The notes under the pieces were generated by a model. It was not told the DNA's origin. It did no database searches and saw only the letters and a list, made by a program, of their open reading frames with translations. The translations under genes and the position numbers were made by a program. From assembly GCF_018350175.1 (NCBI RefSeq), contig NC_058373.1, forward strand, positions 116,376,001 to 116,440,000: a DNA stretch of 64,000 nucleotides. The letters are read 5' to 3'. Within the stretch, counting starts at the first letter, position 1. Every line of letters begins with the position of its first letter. Origin of the DNA: Felis catus (taxonomy: Eukaryota). Positions 51,448 to 62,110 of the stretch are shown here, piece after piece.

Positions 51448-51845
51448 TGTATCAGTCAGAAGAAGTCATGTTATACTACAGTAACAAACACTCCCAAATC
51501 TCAGTGGCCTTGTAGCCACAAATGTTTATTTCTTGTTCACATTACGCATTTTTTATGAGTCTGCTACAGCTGTGTCTCTTGCCCTCCTCACTCCAGAACC
51601 AAAGCTGATGGAAAAACCTAACTCTGTCTGGAGCATTGTCAATCTCATGCCAGAAAGAAAAAGACGAGGCCAATGGTGCCCTGACTTCCAGAACTCTGTA
51701 CAAAAGTGACCAATGTCACTTCTTTGACTAAAGCAAGTCGTATGGCCATTCCAGAGGTCATCAGCATGGGGATAACCTTACAGAGAGGAGCATGACAAAG
51801 GAAGAAACTGGAACTTTTGGTGAATGAGAACCTGTCTCCACCACC
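51448..51845 (-). mobile_element. Old MaLR LTR (MLT1J/K-like)
   Basis: tgtatcagtcag..gtaacaaacactcccaaatctcagtggc..atgtttatttcttg. Confidence 0.75.
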
Positions 51846-51849
51846 TCTT

Positions 51850-52620
51850 TCTAGGATGACTTCTTTCCCAGAGGTAACTGCTCTCAACTGTTCAATCCCT
51901 TTTCTTACGTATTTGAATTTCTATTTATTTATACTTATATAGAGAGAGGCATACACATTAACATGGAATAGTACCCATATTGCTCTGAAACTTTCTCTGT
52001 TCACTTAATATGTCTCAGATACCTTTCCATTTCTGCACCTAAAATCTACCCCACTCTTTCTAACAACTGTATGGCATTTCATGCCATAGTATCTTTACAT
52101 TCTTGGTGTACTTTTGGATATTTTCAAAATTGTTTGCTATTATAAAGCCGCGATAATTATCCTTATACATGCACATATATTTGTGCACACGTGTGTTTCT
52201 GAATAACAGGTTTCTAGAACTAAATTGTTAAAATAGAGCGTGTGTGCGTTACAACTTTAGTGTTGCCAGTTTGCCTTGAAAAATGCCTTCATCAACACAC
52301 ACAGCCGTCAGCAACGTAAAAGTTCCTGATTTTCTGAATCCTCAATGACTCAATATTATCAAACTTTTTGTTGATCTGATGAATGGTAAAAGTGGTAGTT
52401 CCTTATTTTCCGGTATTTAATGCATTTCTCTCTTTATCGATGAGGTTGGGTATTGCTTGCATTTACCATCTGATTTCACATTTTTTCTGTTGTGAATTAT
52501 CTGTTTCCATTCTTTGCCTGTTCTCTAGTGGTTGTTTTTTCCTTCACATTTGAAAGAGCTATTTGATATATTTTCTCAATAGTAATCCTTTGTCTGTACC
52601 ACTGGTTGTAAATACAAACA
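51850..52620 (-). mobile_element. Old L1ME-like fragment
   Basis: ccagaggtaactgctctcaactg..ttcacttaatatgtc..tgaggttggg..tgtgaattatctgtt. Confidence 0.65.
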
Positions 52621-52649
52621 TCTCTTATTTACCATCAGGAACTTTCTTT

Positions 52650-52867
52650 TTTTTTTTTTTTTTTAATATTTATTTATTTTTGAGACAGGGAGAGACAGAG
52701 CATGAATGGGGGAGGGTCAGAGAGAGAGGGACACACAGAATCCAAAACAGGCTCCAGGCTCTGAGCTGTCAGCACAGAGCCTGACGCGGGGCTCGAACTC
52801 ACGGACCGCGAGATCATGACCTGAGCCGAAGTCGGATGCTTAACCGACTGAGCCACCCAGGTGCCCC
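52650..52867 (-). mobile_element. Feline CAN-SINE with TSD catcaggaactttcttt
   Basis: TSD at 52633-52649 and 52868-52884. Confidence 0.96.
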
Positions 52868-52900
52868 CATCAGGAACTTTCTTTAAAAACCAGACACTGA

Positions 52901-52970
52901 TGTTAAATGTTAAATGTTAAATGTTAAATGTTAAATGTTAAATGTTAAATGTTAAATGTTAAATGTAAAA
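52901..52970. repeat. (TGTTAAA)n heptanucleotide tandem repeat
   Basis: 9 perfect copies plus 1 degenerate. Confidence 0.97.
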
Positions 52971-53292
52971 GTAGGCCCTCTCCTATCAATTCATCACTAC
53001 TAACCAGTTTCCTACAACACAGAAAAATGTCAATATGTGTAATATATCAGCATGTCAGTTGCACGAAACAAAACATTGCTTCCTGATGACCAAATGGTGA
53101 ATATGACTTTTAAGGGATATTTACATGTGTATAGTCACATGGCTTGAGTATCGTCAATATCTGACTCAATCCCCTTGTTGACATTGGGCACTTTCCACAA
53201 TATTTGCATGTGATTCTGACATTCTTTCCGAATGGAAAGTTACTAGAGAACTCCCCCCTTCCAATACCACTTTGTTTAAAATGTTATATTGA

Positions 53293-53490
53293 GGGCACCT
53301 AGATGGCTCAGTTGGCTAAGCATCTGACTCTTGATTTCAGCTCAGGTCATGATCTCACTGTCGTGAATTGAGCCCCATGTCGGGCTCCAAGCTGAGCATG
53401 GAGACTGCTTAAGATTCTTTCTCCTTCTCTCTCTACCCCTTCCCCACTTGTGCACATGCTCTCTCTCTCTCTCAAAACTTAAGTTCAAAT
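53293..53490 (+). mobile_element. CAN-SINE with TSD tttaaaatgttatattga
   Basis: Flanking repeat at 53275-53292 and 53491-53508. Confidence 0.92.
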
Positions 53491-53679
53491 TTTAAAATGT
53501 TATATTGAATTTAGGGGATGTACAAATAAAACTTTCTGTATAAACCTTGCTCCAAAGCACGATGTATTGGAGAGCGACATTATGCTCTGTGAAGTCTGAG
53601 TGTCACAGCTAGGGGGGTTCTTCTGAGGAAAACGTTCCTGGGAGATTCTTCTCATAACTAGAAGTTGACCACCCTCTAC

Positions 53680-54125
53680 CCATTTCTTTCCCTGTCCCTA
53701 GCAACCACCATTCTACTATCTGTTTCTGTGAGTTCAGCTTTTTAGATTCCACATACAAGTGAGATCATATAGTGTTGGTCTTTCTATGTCTGGCCTGTTT
53801 CACTTAGTGTAACGCCCTTAAGGTCTATCCATGGTGTCACAAATGGCAGGATTTCCTTCTTTTTATGACTGAATAATATTCCAGTGTGTGTGTATACCAC
53901 ATCTTCTCTATTCATTCATCTGTCTACGGACATTTAGGTTGATTCCGTGGCTTGACTATTATCAATAATGCTGCAGTAAACACAGGGGTGCATATATCTT
54001 TTCAAACTAGTGTTTTCATAGTCTTTGCATAAATACCCAGTAGTGGAATTACTGAGTCCTATGGTAGTTCTATTTTTAATTTTTTTGGGAACCTCCATAC
54101 TGTTTTCCACAGCGGCTGCACCATT
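53680..54125 (-). mobile_element. L1MA-like 3' fragment
   Basis: ttttagattccacatacaagtgagatcat..aaatacccagtagtggaattactgag..gaacctccatactgttttcca. Confidence 0.9.
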
Positions 54126-54262
54126 GTTTATAATTTTGTTCACGGCATCTTTTGTCGTTGCGCGATTTGCCATTTTCCTGTCCTCAAATTTGTCATTATT
54201 TTGTTTAAGGTTGCTGGGTTTGGAGTCTTGCTTTAAGTGACTTTCCTTATCTCCCAGTGTTA

Positions 54263-54686
54263 TTTTTTTTTTAATATGAAATTTATTGACAAATTGGTTT
54301 CCATACAACACCCAGTGCTCATCCCAAAAGATACCCTCTTCAATACCCATCACCCACCCTCCCCTCCCTCCCACTCCCCATCAACCCTCAGTTCGTTCTC
54401 AGTTTTTAACAGTCTCTTATGCTTTGGCTCTCTCCCACTCTAACCTCTTTTTTTTTTTTTCCTTCCCCTCCCCCATGGGTTCCTGTTAAGTTTCTCAGGA
54501 TCCACATATGAGTGAAACCATATGGTATCTGTCTTTCTCTGTATGGCTTATTTCACTTAGCATCACACTCTCCAGTTCCATCCACGTTGCTACAAAAGGC
54601 CATATTTCATTTTTTCTCATTGCCATGTAATATTCCATTGTGTATATAAACCACAATTTCTTTATCCATTTATCAGTTGATGGACA
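54263..54686 (-). mobile_element. Young feline L1 (L1_Fc-like), 5'-truncated, with TSD
   Basis: atatgaaatttattgacaaattggtttccatacaacacccagtgctcatccc; TSD ccagtgttattttttt at 54254 and 54687. Confidence 0.92.
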
Positions 54687-54854
54687 CCAGTGTTATTTTT
54701 TTAAGTCACCTGCATATACATATATTTTAAGATTGTTAATTTTGTTTTACGCCTGGCTCTTTAGTCACAAGGAATTAATTATTGGGGAAGATGGGAGGTG
54801 AAGGAGGTCCACCTTTCCTCTGTCCCCAAAGCAGGCAGCATATCGGCCCAATAC

Positions 54855-54950
54855 CTTTCTCCCACTGGTTTGAAATACACCATAAATTAAATTCTCAGCA
54901 TTTAAAAAAGTGTATTCTGTATCTTCAGGCATCAAATTTTACAATGCAGC
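54855..54950 (-). pseudogene. Exon relic (96 nt, phase 0-0): AAL*NLMPEDTEYTFLNAENLIYGVFQTSGRK
   Basis: Acceptor ctcctacacacag, donor AAG|gtattg; single TAA at 54939-54941. Confidence 0.7.
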
Positions 54951-55060
54951 CTGTGTGTAGGAGTGCAAATGTTGGGGAGCATTTACTCTACTAATCTACT
55001 CTACTACTAATCACCAGCATCTGTGCATCAACACAGGCGTTCTCTGCTCATCGTACTCAC

Positions 55061-55099
55061 TGTCACACAGGTAAAAACTTTTTTATGTGACAAACTATT
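55061..55099 (-). pseudogene. Exon relic (39 nt, phase 0-0): NSLSHKKVFTCVT
   Basis: Acceptor gtcttgctctcag, donor ACA|gtgagt; the upstream intron is only 53 nt, which is a caveat. Confidence 0.6.
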
Positions 55100-55152
55100 C
55101 TGAGAGCAAGACAACTGCTGATGGTGCGTGGCAAGGGATCTAAGTGAAATAC

Positions 55153-55291
55153 CATTGCAAATAACGAGTCCTGTCGTAATAAGATCACGGAAGTTGCTAA
55201 GGGGTCATTTTCAGAATGCATTTTACTTAGGACCTTTATTGATATGATGCTGTTGAAGAATTCAAGGATTTAATAGCTCTGGGCTGAGTCC
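55153..55291 (-). pseudogene. Exon relic (139 nt, phase 2-0): (W)DSAQSY*ILEFFNSIISIKVLSKMHSENDPLATSVILLRQDSLFAM
   Basis: Acceptor atgtttccag, weaker donor ATG|gtattt; single TAA at 55270-55272. Confidence 0.65.
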
Positions 55292-55761
55292 CTGGAAACA
55301 TTCAGGTTCTACTGTGTTGGGAGCTTCCTGGGTCCTGGAGATTCTCCTGCAGCTGTTACCACCTCAGGGCTGGTCAGGGTTGAGACTTCTCCAGGTGTTT
55401 CCATCCCACATGCTTTGTGACAGGGAAGGCTGCCCTCTCTTGCCTTCATCGCTTTCTGTCCCCATCAGTCGCTCCTCATCCCAGGGCAGTCTGAGTGCCC
55501 CTTCTCCACGCCTCCAAAATGCCTCCTACAAATCTAGTCTAAGAAGTTTGAAGACGCGGAGTCGGGGTAGAGGAGCACAGGAGAGTTCAGATGATGGCTG
55601 ACATTATGGCCGCTGCCTTTGAGCCCACTGTGTCCAGGGGGATGGACTTAAAACACGTAACTAGCAGACGAGTTGACAGTTGCTCAAAGAGAGGGATGAA
55701 CGGAGTAGAGTAGGAAAAGGGAGTGATCCAGAAGTGTGTTTCCTCTCCTCTTCTCCTCTCG

Positions 55762-55826
55762 TCTCTCTCTCTCTCTCTCCCTGTCTCTCTCTCCCTCCCT
55801 CTCTCTCTCGCTCGCTCTCTCACTCA

Positions 55827-55860
<34 letters not shown>
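55762..55860. repeat. Compound (CT)n/(CA)n microsatellite
   Basis: Direct observation. Confidence 0.93.
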
Positions 55861-55862
<2 letters not shown>

Positions 55863-56472
55863 GAAGATTAGATGACAATTTAGAACAAGAGGGGCCGTCT
55901 GGGCTGAGAAGACCATCTGAAAGCTGCATCAAGAATTTTGAGAAAGCCGTGGCCAGTTGGTGGTGGCCATTCCGGGCCAGGCACCTCCTAGCCATGGGCT
56001 GCCCTCCAGCCAGCCCATAGGTACCCTTCTCATTCCTTCAGAGGGTTTCACCCCCAGAGACCAAGCCCTTGTGCCCCAGCCAGGGCCAAACGTCCTGCTC
56101 AGCCACACCAAGCTACTTGAAGCCGCATCCCTGAACCCTGGAGGGTTCCCACCCTTCCAGGCCAAGGGGAGACCTCTCTGCTGTCCCCAGCTTTATCTTT
56201 AAAACTGAAGCCAGGTTTGTGTTGCTGATCATGTATCTGTGCTTATTTTGATGTAAACATTATGTTTTCAATTTCATGCCTAACCCACCCTCCCCCCTCT
56301 CACGAGGTCCCAGTGTAAAATCCAGTACTGCTCTGTGCTTCCCGGTACTCATTACAAGTGTAATTAATTCGTGTTTGCCCAGTCATTTAGCTGCTGTCCT
56401 TCCCACAGGACCATCAGCTCCTACAGGGCAGCCGCTGTGTCTTTCTTGCTCACCACATTCTCACTGGCTCAC

Positions 56473-56722
56473 CAGTGACTGTTGAGGGTGTGACTTTTAG
56501 CCTCCGGGGTTATAAGAGCCTTCTTATAATAAGGCTGACATGGAAATTCCAGTCTCATGCAGATCAAGTGTCCCTGCGTCCTTTTACAAGCAGAAATATC
56601 TGGACAGGTGGCTCACGAAGAGGTCATGGTTCCCCAAGGGACCAGGTGAGAGGTGCTATCACTGCTCAGGGCCCTGTCAATACTCTTGACGCTCCCCATT
56701 GACCATGAGACTATGATGTCAC
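56473..56722 (-). pseudogene. Exon relic (250 nt, phase 1-2): (C)DIIVSWSMGSVKSIDRALSSDSTSHLVPWGTMTSS*ATCPDISACKRTQGHLICMRLEFPCQPYYKKALITPEAKSHTLNSH
   Basis: Acceptor ttttgtatgtatttgcag, donor CTG|gtgagc; single TGA at 56613-56615. Confidence 0.75.
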
Positions 56723-56822
56723 CTGCAAATACATACAAAAGGTGCCTATTCTGTAAAGCTCTCTAAGGAGAATTACTTTAATCTCGTTCTTACTGTATTA
56801 AGTACATAACATCATAACTCAC

Positions 56823-56918
56823 AGTTTCCCAGATTCAGTTCAAGGGCAGAGATGATTTGGTAGTTATTTGATTTATAGAAGTTTTCTCAAGTTGGAGAAG
56901 AAATTGAAGCATGTTTTG
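56823..56918 (-). pseudogene. Exon relic (96 nt, phase 1-1): (A)KHASISSPT*ENFYKSNNYQIISALELNLGN
   Basis: Acceptor ttttcctaccctcag, donor ACT|gtgagt; single TGA at 56887-56889. Confidence 0.78.
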
Positions 56919-57000
56919 CTGAGGGTAGGAAAACAACTCCATTTGGAAGAGGAGCTAATATCTCAAAAAAGTAATTGTAAATTATATCAATTGCGCTCAC

Positions 57001-57194
57001 CTTTGGGTCTAATTTTCCCATTTCCTACAAGGTTTCGGTGACAAGCCTTATCCTTACCATTCTTGATATTCACAGAGCACTCTTCAGAAGATTTATTGGT
57101 TAAAAAATGCAAATTCCTTAAAACAACCAAGTGCTGTCTCCGAGTTCCATGCAAAGATGTGGTTAGACAAACTAGTCAGAATTTGAAGACAATG
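57001..57194 (-). pseudogene. Exon relic (194 nt, phase 2-1): IVFKF*LVCLTTSLHGTRRQHLVVLRNLHFLTNKSSEECSVNIKNGKDKACHRNLVGNGKIRPK
   Basis: Acceptor tttcttactatttttctctag, donor AAG|gtgagc; single TGA at 57176-57178. Confidence 0.78.
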
Positions 57195-57229
57195 CTAGAG
57201 AAAAATAGTAAGAAATCAGAATTGTGGAA

Positions 57230-57480
57230 TAATTACCAAAATTGCTTGCATTTACTGAACGGCTGTTATATAGCAGGTACTGGGCTGAGTTCTTTATATG
57301 GATTAGCTTGTTTAATGGCAACCATTTGAGGTAGGGAGAATGATTATTCCCATTTCCTAGATGAGAAAACTTATATGTGGAAAATGTATAACTTTCCCGA
57401 GATCTTGCCTAGTGGAAAACAAAGTCTGAGCTTTGAGGCTGGTTTACATCATTTTCTGGTCCAGGCTCTTCCCACTGGTC
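57230..57480 (-). mobile_element. MIR
   Basis: atttactgaacggctgttatatagcaggtactgggctgag..attattcccatttcctagatgagaaaact. Confidence 0.75.
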
Positions 57481-57948
57481 ATGAATAAGCAATCAACATT
57501 GGTGTTTGAGAAAGGAAGAAACTTCCATCATGCCAAGTACAAGTGCTAGTGAGCTTGTATTATTCAACCCAGGGCCTAACAGATTTGTTTCAATGAACAA
57601 ATACATAAAGATCCTTTGTAAGTGGCTCATTTATTGACTCTTAGGTGACTGAAAATCTGTTGTTCCCTGAAAACGTTAAGCATTGTCTCTCCCATCCAAA
57701 CCCATCACAGTCTAACAAATAACATTTTCGTGAGTTTGGTCCGTTTCAAAATTCCAGCAAGACACAAATTTCTGTTTGGCCAGCCATCAAACAGAAAGTC
57801 CTGACTAGTGCTCTTTTGAACAGCGTGTTGACACCCACAGTCTCTGTTTAACTTCTTTCTCCGATAGCAGCAGCCCTGGGGTTTCCTTTGGTCACTGGAG
57901 TTGGTTGGAGTTCATAGATGTTGCATGCTGCATTTATGGAGGACTCAC

Positions 57949-58069
57949 TGCAGGCCCGTTTTGGGATGGTATGACCCTTGCCCTATAGCCATTGGTCTTC
58001 CTGTCCAACCTGGTCCACAACCATCCTCCACTTTGGAAAACATTTTCAATTCCATTCTGTTCAATGCAA
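57949..58069 (-). pseudogene. Exon relic (121 nt, phase 1-2): (V)ALNRMELKMFSKVEDGCGPGWTGRPMAIGQGSYHPKTGL
   Basis: Acceptor cctaccccag, donor GCA|gtgagt, open frame. Confidence 0.75.
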
Positions 58070-59379
58070 CTGGGGTAGGTTGAACAGACACTATCGGCCC
58101 AGTGTTGTGCTTCTCCAAGTCAGGGGCAGGGGACTCTATGTAAAATATCAACGATAGCTGGTATTTATTGACTGCTTCTGTCAAGCATGACTTCATTTTA
58201 TCCCTCACAGTCACCTTCCTGGTCCCATCTTTCAGAGTGGTAGAGCCCCAGGTCACTGAGGAGGTAGGTTGATTGTAGATCTGACATCACAGTCTGAGCT
58301 TTTAACCTCGACTCTTTGGTACCATTTTTGTGAGTGCCAGGAAGGCTGAAGACAAGGGCTGGAGGAAGAATCAAGGAAGGAGTGGAAATTGAGCTGGATT
58401 TAAGGATTGCATTGGAAAGACAAGGATTTGCACTGGGAAAGAGGCAGAGCAGGAAAGCAGAGAGGCTCTCTTGCTTCTGTTCTCACCATAGAGCAGTGGA
58501 GAAGGTGAATTAGACTATTTTGTGGTTGGCATAACCAATTAAGTTTAAATGCAACACCTGTCTTGCCGTTTGAACTCAATCTTATTATACCAGATCTCTT
58601 TGCATTTCTTTTGTTTGGGCAGATTTTACACACAGGGGTTTTAAGTCAATCAAAGAGCATCTGTGCTGAAAGGAATTATTTTTGTGTGTGTTAAAATAAT
58701 TGGCCCAGTTCTTCTCTCAACTAATAAGTAAAACCTCTCTAATTCCTGTCTTAGAGGGAAGGTAATACAGTATAGGGAAAAAAGCATTCACCTAACTACA
58801 CCTTTTATTTCTAGAACATGGTATGATGTCCAAGAAAATGAATTTACACAGTCTGGAGGAAGAGGTGAGATCAGCATACCTATCCTGAACTTAGCATAGA
58901 CACCGTGTCCTTGACAGCCATGCTTAATTTGCATGATAAGTGAGCAAGGTATGCTAATAACAGAGAGGGAACATACTGAGAAACAGATTTGAACTTAAGT
59001 ATCCTGCACATGACATCAGAATATACCACTGCCCTCTTCTTCTGCTTTGTACCATACCACCATAAAAGTGCCTCAGATAAAATATTCTTTTTGAAATATC
59101 TGGACTTTGTTTCCAAGTCATTTAATTTTCCCCTGGGTGTTGACTCTGTGTCCTTGTTTTCAAATCATCTATCACTTTCACAGTTTCAATCTTCTTGTCT
59201 TTTTTGCAGAAAGTAATTTTTCCAAAGACATATTTCAATGCATATAAGGGAGAAATTACCTGACTTTTATTTAGTGCCTCCAAAAGAGCTTAATTCTGTT
59301 TCAGAGAACACCAGAGTCAGGTGACTTCCTTCTCTATATCTGGGCAATCCAAATCTGTCCCTTTATGGAAATAAGCACC

Positions 59380-59803
59380 ATCGGTGGCAGCCATGTGGTA
59401 TGTATGGGACCAAGCCTACCTTCAGCTCCAGCAGATAGCCCTGATTGGTCTAGACCCATGGCAATCCAATTGTGGTGGCCACAGAATTTGATGTTGGGAT
59501 GAGCCAATCAGCACGAAGTTCACTGTGGGAGACAACCTCTCCTGTTTCATGGGAGTAAGGCAGGATGGGGACCTCACTGCAGCCAGGCCTCCTGCAATCA
59601 CCAGGGAGTTAGCCCTAGAAGGCAACCAACAGTAGGTGTGAAAGAGAGGGAAGGGAAAAAGAAACTGAGTCCTCATGTCATTGTAGCAATCAGTGACATT
59701 CACTGTACCTCTGGACTCCCAGTTAGCCAATAAATCCCTCCTTGTTTATGAGTTTTAATTCAGTTTTCTGTTACTTGCAGCCAAAAGCATTTTATCCGAT
59801 ACA
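59380..59803 (+). mobile_element. Old MaLR LTR (MLT1J/K-like)
   Basis: Ends ttttctgttacttgcagccaaaagcattttatccgataca. Confidence 0.7.
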
Positions 59804-60671
59804 CCCAATGACTAGGCAGTTGAACTACAACATAATTCCACTTCTCAGAATGCAACCTATGCATTCCAACTAACAATAGCAATAGCATATTGGGTAATTA
59901 AGTTGCATCCGTTGATGGTACATGAGCTAGGACAGTTTATGGTACAAACCGTGGCCTCTCAGAAATGGTACAAACCTTTTCCTCTCTCCTTCGGTTAAAA
60001 CCCAGTCATGTGGCCACATCTAACTGCAAAGGAGCCCAGGAAGAAAAAGTGGATTTTTGGTAACCGATTTGTAGTCTTGCCCAGGAAGAATATTCTAGAA
60101 GATTATTACATTACATGGGGAAAAAGCTCAAGAACAGTGTGCATAATATCAGCCCAAGTTTCCAAATGCCAATATCTGTAAGGGCAGAAGCCACGGCTTC
60201 TTCTGTTTCCACATTTGTTCTTTGTTCCTCTGCAGCCATGTTCTACCTCTGGCACGTTCATGGTGACCCCATTTGCAAATACACTCCACCGCTCTCTGGT
60301 GAGCAATACAGATTTTATTGAGGATCTTGTATTAGAAACAGACATGTAATCAAATCCCTCTATGGGCATCTGTTCTTTCCTCCAAAATTCTCATCCCTTG
60401 TCAGTGGTCTGTCCTCACTGTCACTCTTCTCTGGCCACATGCTTCCCTTCCACAGTCACCAGCCCTTGAAAGTCTCCTGACTGCCTGAGCAATTTGCCCC
60501 CTGCCCTTTGTTATATGTCCTCTCTGCAAAACAAAAACCTGGTAATAAACTCAAAACCAAGGATATATTTTTTCCTCCAGCGTACTCCTCAAGGAACTTA
60601 GCGAACAACTCACTGAACAGAAAAAGCCGCCTTCTTGGGGTGGGGAGCTGTTAAGTAAGAAAATAAATTTA

Positions 60672-60800
60672 GGGGGCACCTCGGTGGCTCAGTCGGTTGA
60701 GCATCTGACTCTTGATGTCGGCTCAGGTCATGATCCCAGGGCATGGGATCGAGCCCTGCCTTTGGCTTGGTGCTGAGCATGGAGTCTGCTTAGGATTATT

Positions 60801-60843
<43 letters not shown>

Positions 60844-60890
60844 GCCCCTCTCCCGCTCCTGTATTCTCTCTCTCCCTCTCTCAAAAAAAA
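60672..60890 (+). mobile_element. CAN-SINE
   Basis: Head, (CT)n, short A-tail. Confidence 0.92.
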
Positions 60891-60899
60891 ATGAATTTT

Positions 60900-61120
60900 G
60901 GGGGCGCCTGGGTGGCGCAGTCGGTTAAGCATCCGACATCAGCCAGGTCACGATCTCGCGGTCCGTGAGTTCGAGCCCCGCGTCAGGCTCTGGGCTGATG
61001 GCTCAGAGCCTGGATCCTGTTTCCGATTCTGTGTCTCCCTCTCTCTCTGCCCCTCCCCCGTTCATGCTCTGTCTCTCTCTGTCCCCAAAATAAATAAACG
61101 TTGAAAAAAAAAATTTTTTT
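60900..61120 (+). mobile_element. Young SINEC_Fc-like SINE with TSD aaatgaatttt
   Basis: CpG-rich copy; TSD at 60889-60899 and 61121-61131. Confidence 0.95.
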
Positions 61121-61362
61121 AAATGAATTTTTGCCGTAACATTTCATTTACGTAGAAAAAAAGACTGGAAGGATATTCCCAAAATGTTAACAGTGTTTAT
61201 CTCTAGGAAACTAGATTACACATAGTGTTTTTTTGCCTCCTGTGTATTCCTGTACTTTTCTATAACTTTTGTTTTTGTATTTTTCAAATTTTCTATAGCA
61301 CATGCTGTATTTCTTTAAGAAGCTGGAAAAAAAAAAACATCAAAGAAATTTCTTTTTTGCTC

Positions 61363-62110
61363 ATCAGGGAAATGCATCAAAACCACAGCGAGGTACTGCT
61401 TCATGCCCGTTAGGGTGGTTGCCACGAAAAAAAGAAAAACAGAAAATAGTAAGTGTTGTCAAGGATACAGACACATGAGAATCCTGTGCATGTGGCTGGG
61501 AACGTAAACTGGCGCAGCCTCTGTGGAACACGGGATGGAGGCTCCTCAAAAAATTAAACATAGAATTACCATACGATCAAGCAATTCCACTCCTGGGTTT
61601 ACACCCAAAATAGGTAAAAGCGGCTCAAAAAAGTATTGGTACACCCATGTTTCTAGCAGCATTATTCACAATAGCCAAGAGATGAAAGCAACTCAGATGT
61701 CTCCCAGGGGGTGAATGTATGAACAACACGTGGCATACACATATGGTGAAACGTGATTCTGCCTTGAAAGGAAGGAAATTCTGACCCGTGCACATGGATA
61801 AAGCTTGAAGACATTATGCTGGGTGGAATAAGGCAGTCCCAAAAAGACAAATATTGTATGATCCACTCATATGAGGTACCTAGAGTAGTCAAATTCATAG
61901 AGACAGAAAGTAATGTGGTTGCCGGGGCTGGAGGAACGGGGAGTGGGGAGTTAGTGTTGAATGGGTAAGATGATGAAAGATGAGAATGTTCTGGAGATGG
62001 ATGGTGGTGATGGCTGCACAATAGTATGAATGTACATACTGCCTCTGAACTAAACACTTTAAAATGGTTATTTAAAGTGGTAAATTTTATGGTATGGGTA
62101 TTTTACCATA
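61363..62110 (+). mobile_element. L1MB-like ORF2 end and 3'UTR fragment
   Basis: catcagggaaatgcatcaaaaccacag..agaattaccatacgatcaagcaattccactcctgg..gaggtacctagagtagtcaaattcatagagacagaaagt. Confidence 0.9.

Larger units (their letters stand above)
50851..60647 (-). pseudogene. Decayed multi-exon (unprocessed) protein-coding gene of unidentified family
   Basis: Series of AG/GT-bounded segments with pyrimidine-rich acceptors, phase-compatible junctions and scattered in-frame stops; recognised transposons lie only between the exons. Confidence 0.7.

Noticed and set aside
57076..57207. Plus-strand exon-like segment within ORF 57063-57329
   Set aside because: Antisense shadow of minus-strand exon 57194-57001, which has stronger sites and fits the phase chain
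60236..60298. Plus-strand 63-nt exon-like segment (ttcctctgcag ... CTG|gtgagc)
   Set aside because: Good splice signals but no partner exons on the + strand; overlaps the better supported minus-strand fossil gene
61660..62050. Inverted similarity to 6590-6990
   Set aside because: Independent copies of an abundant L1MB-type 3' end, not a specific inverted duplication
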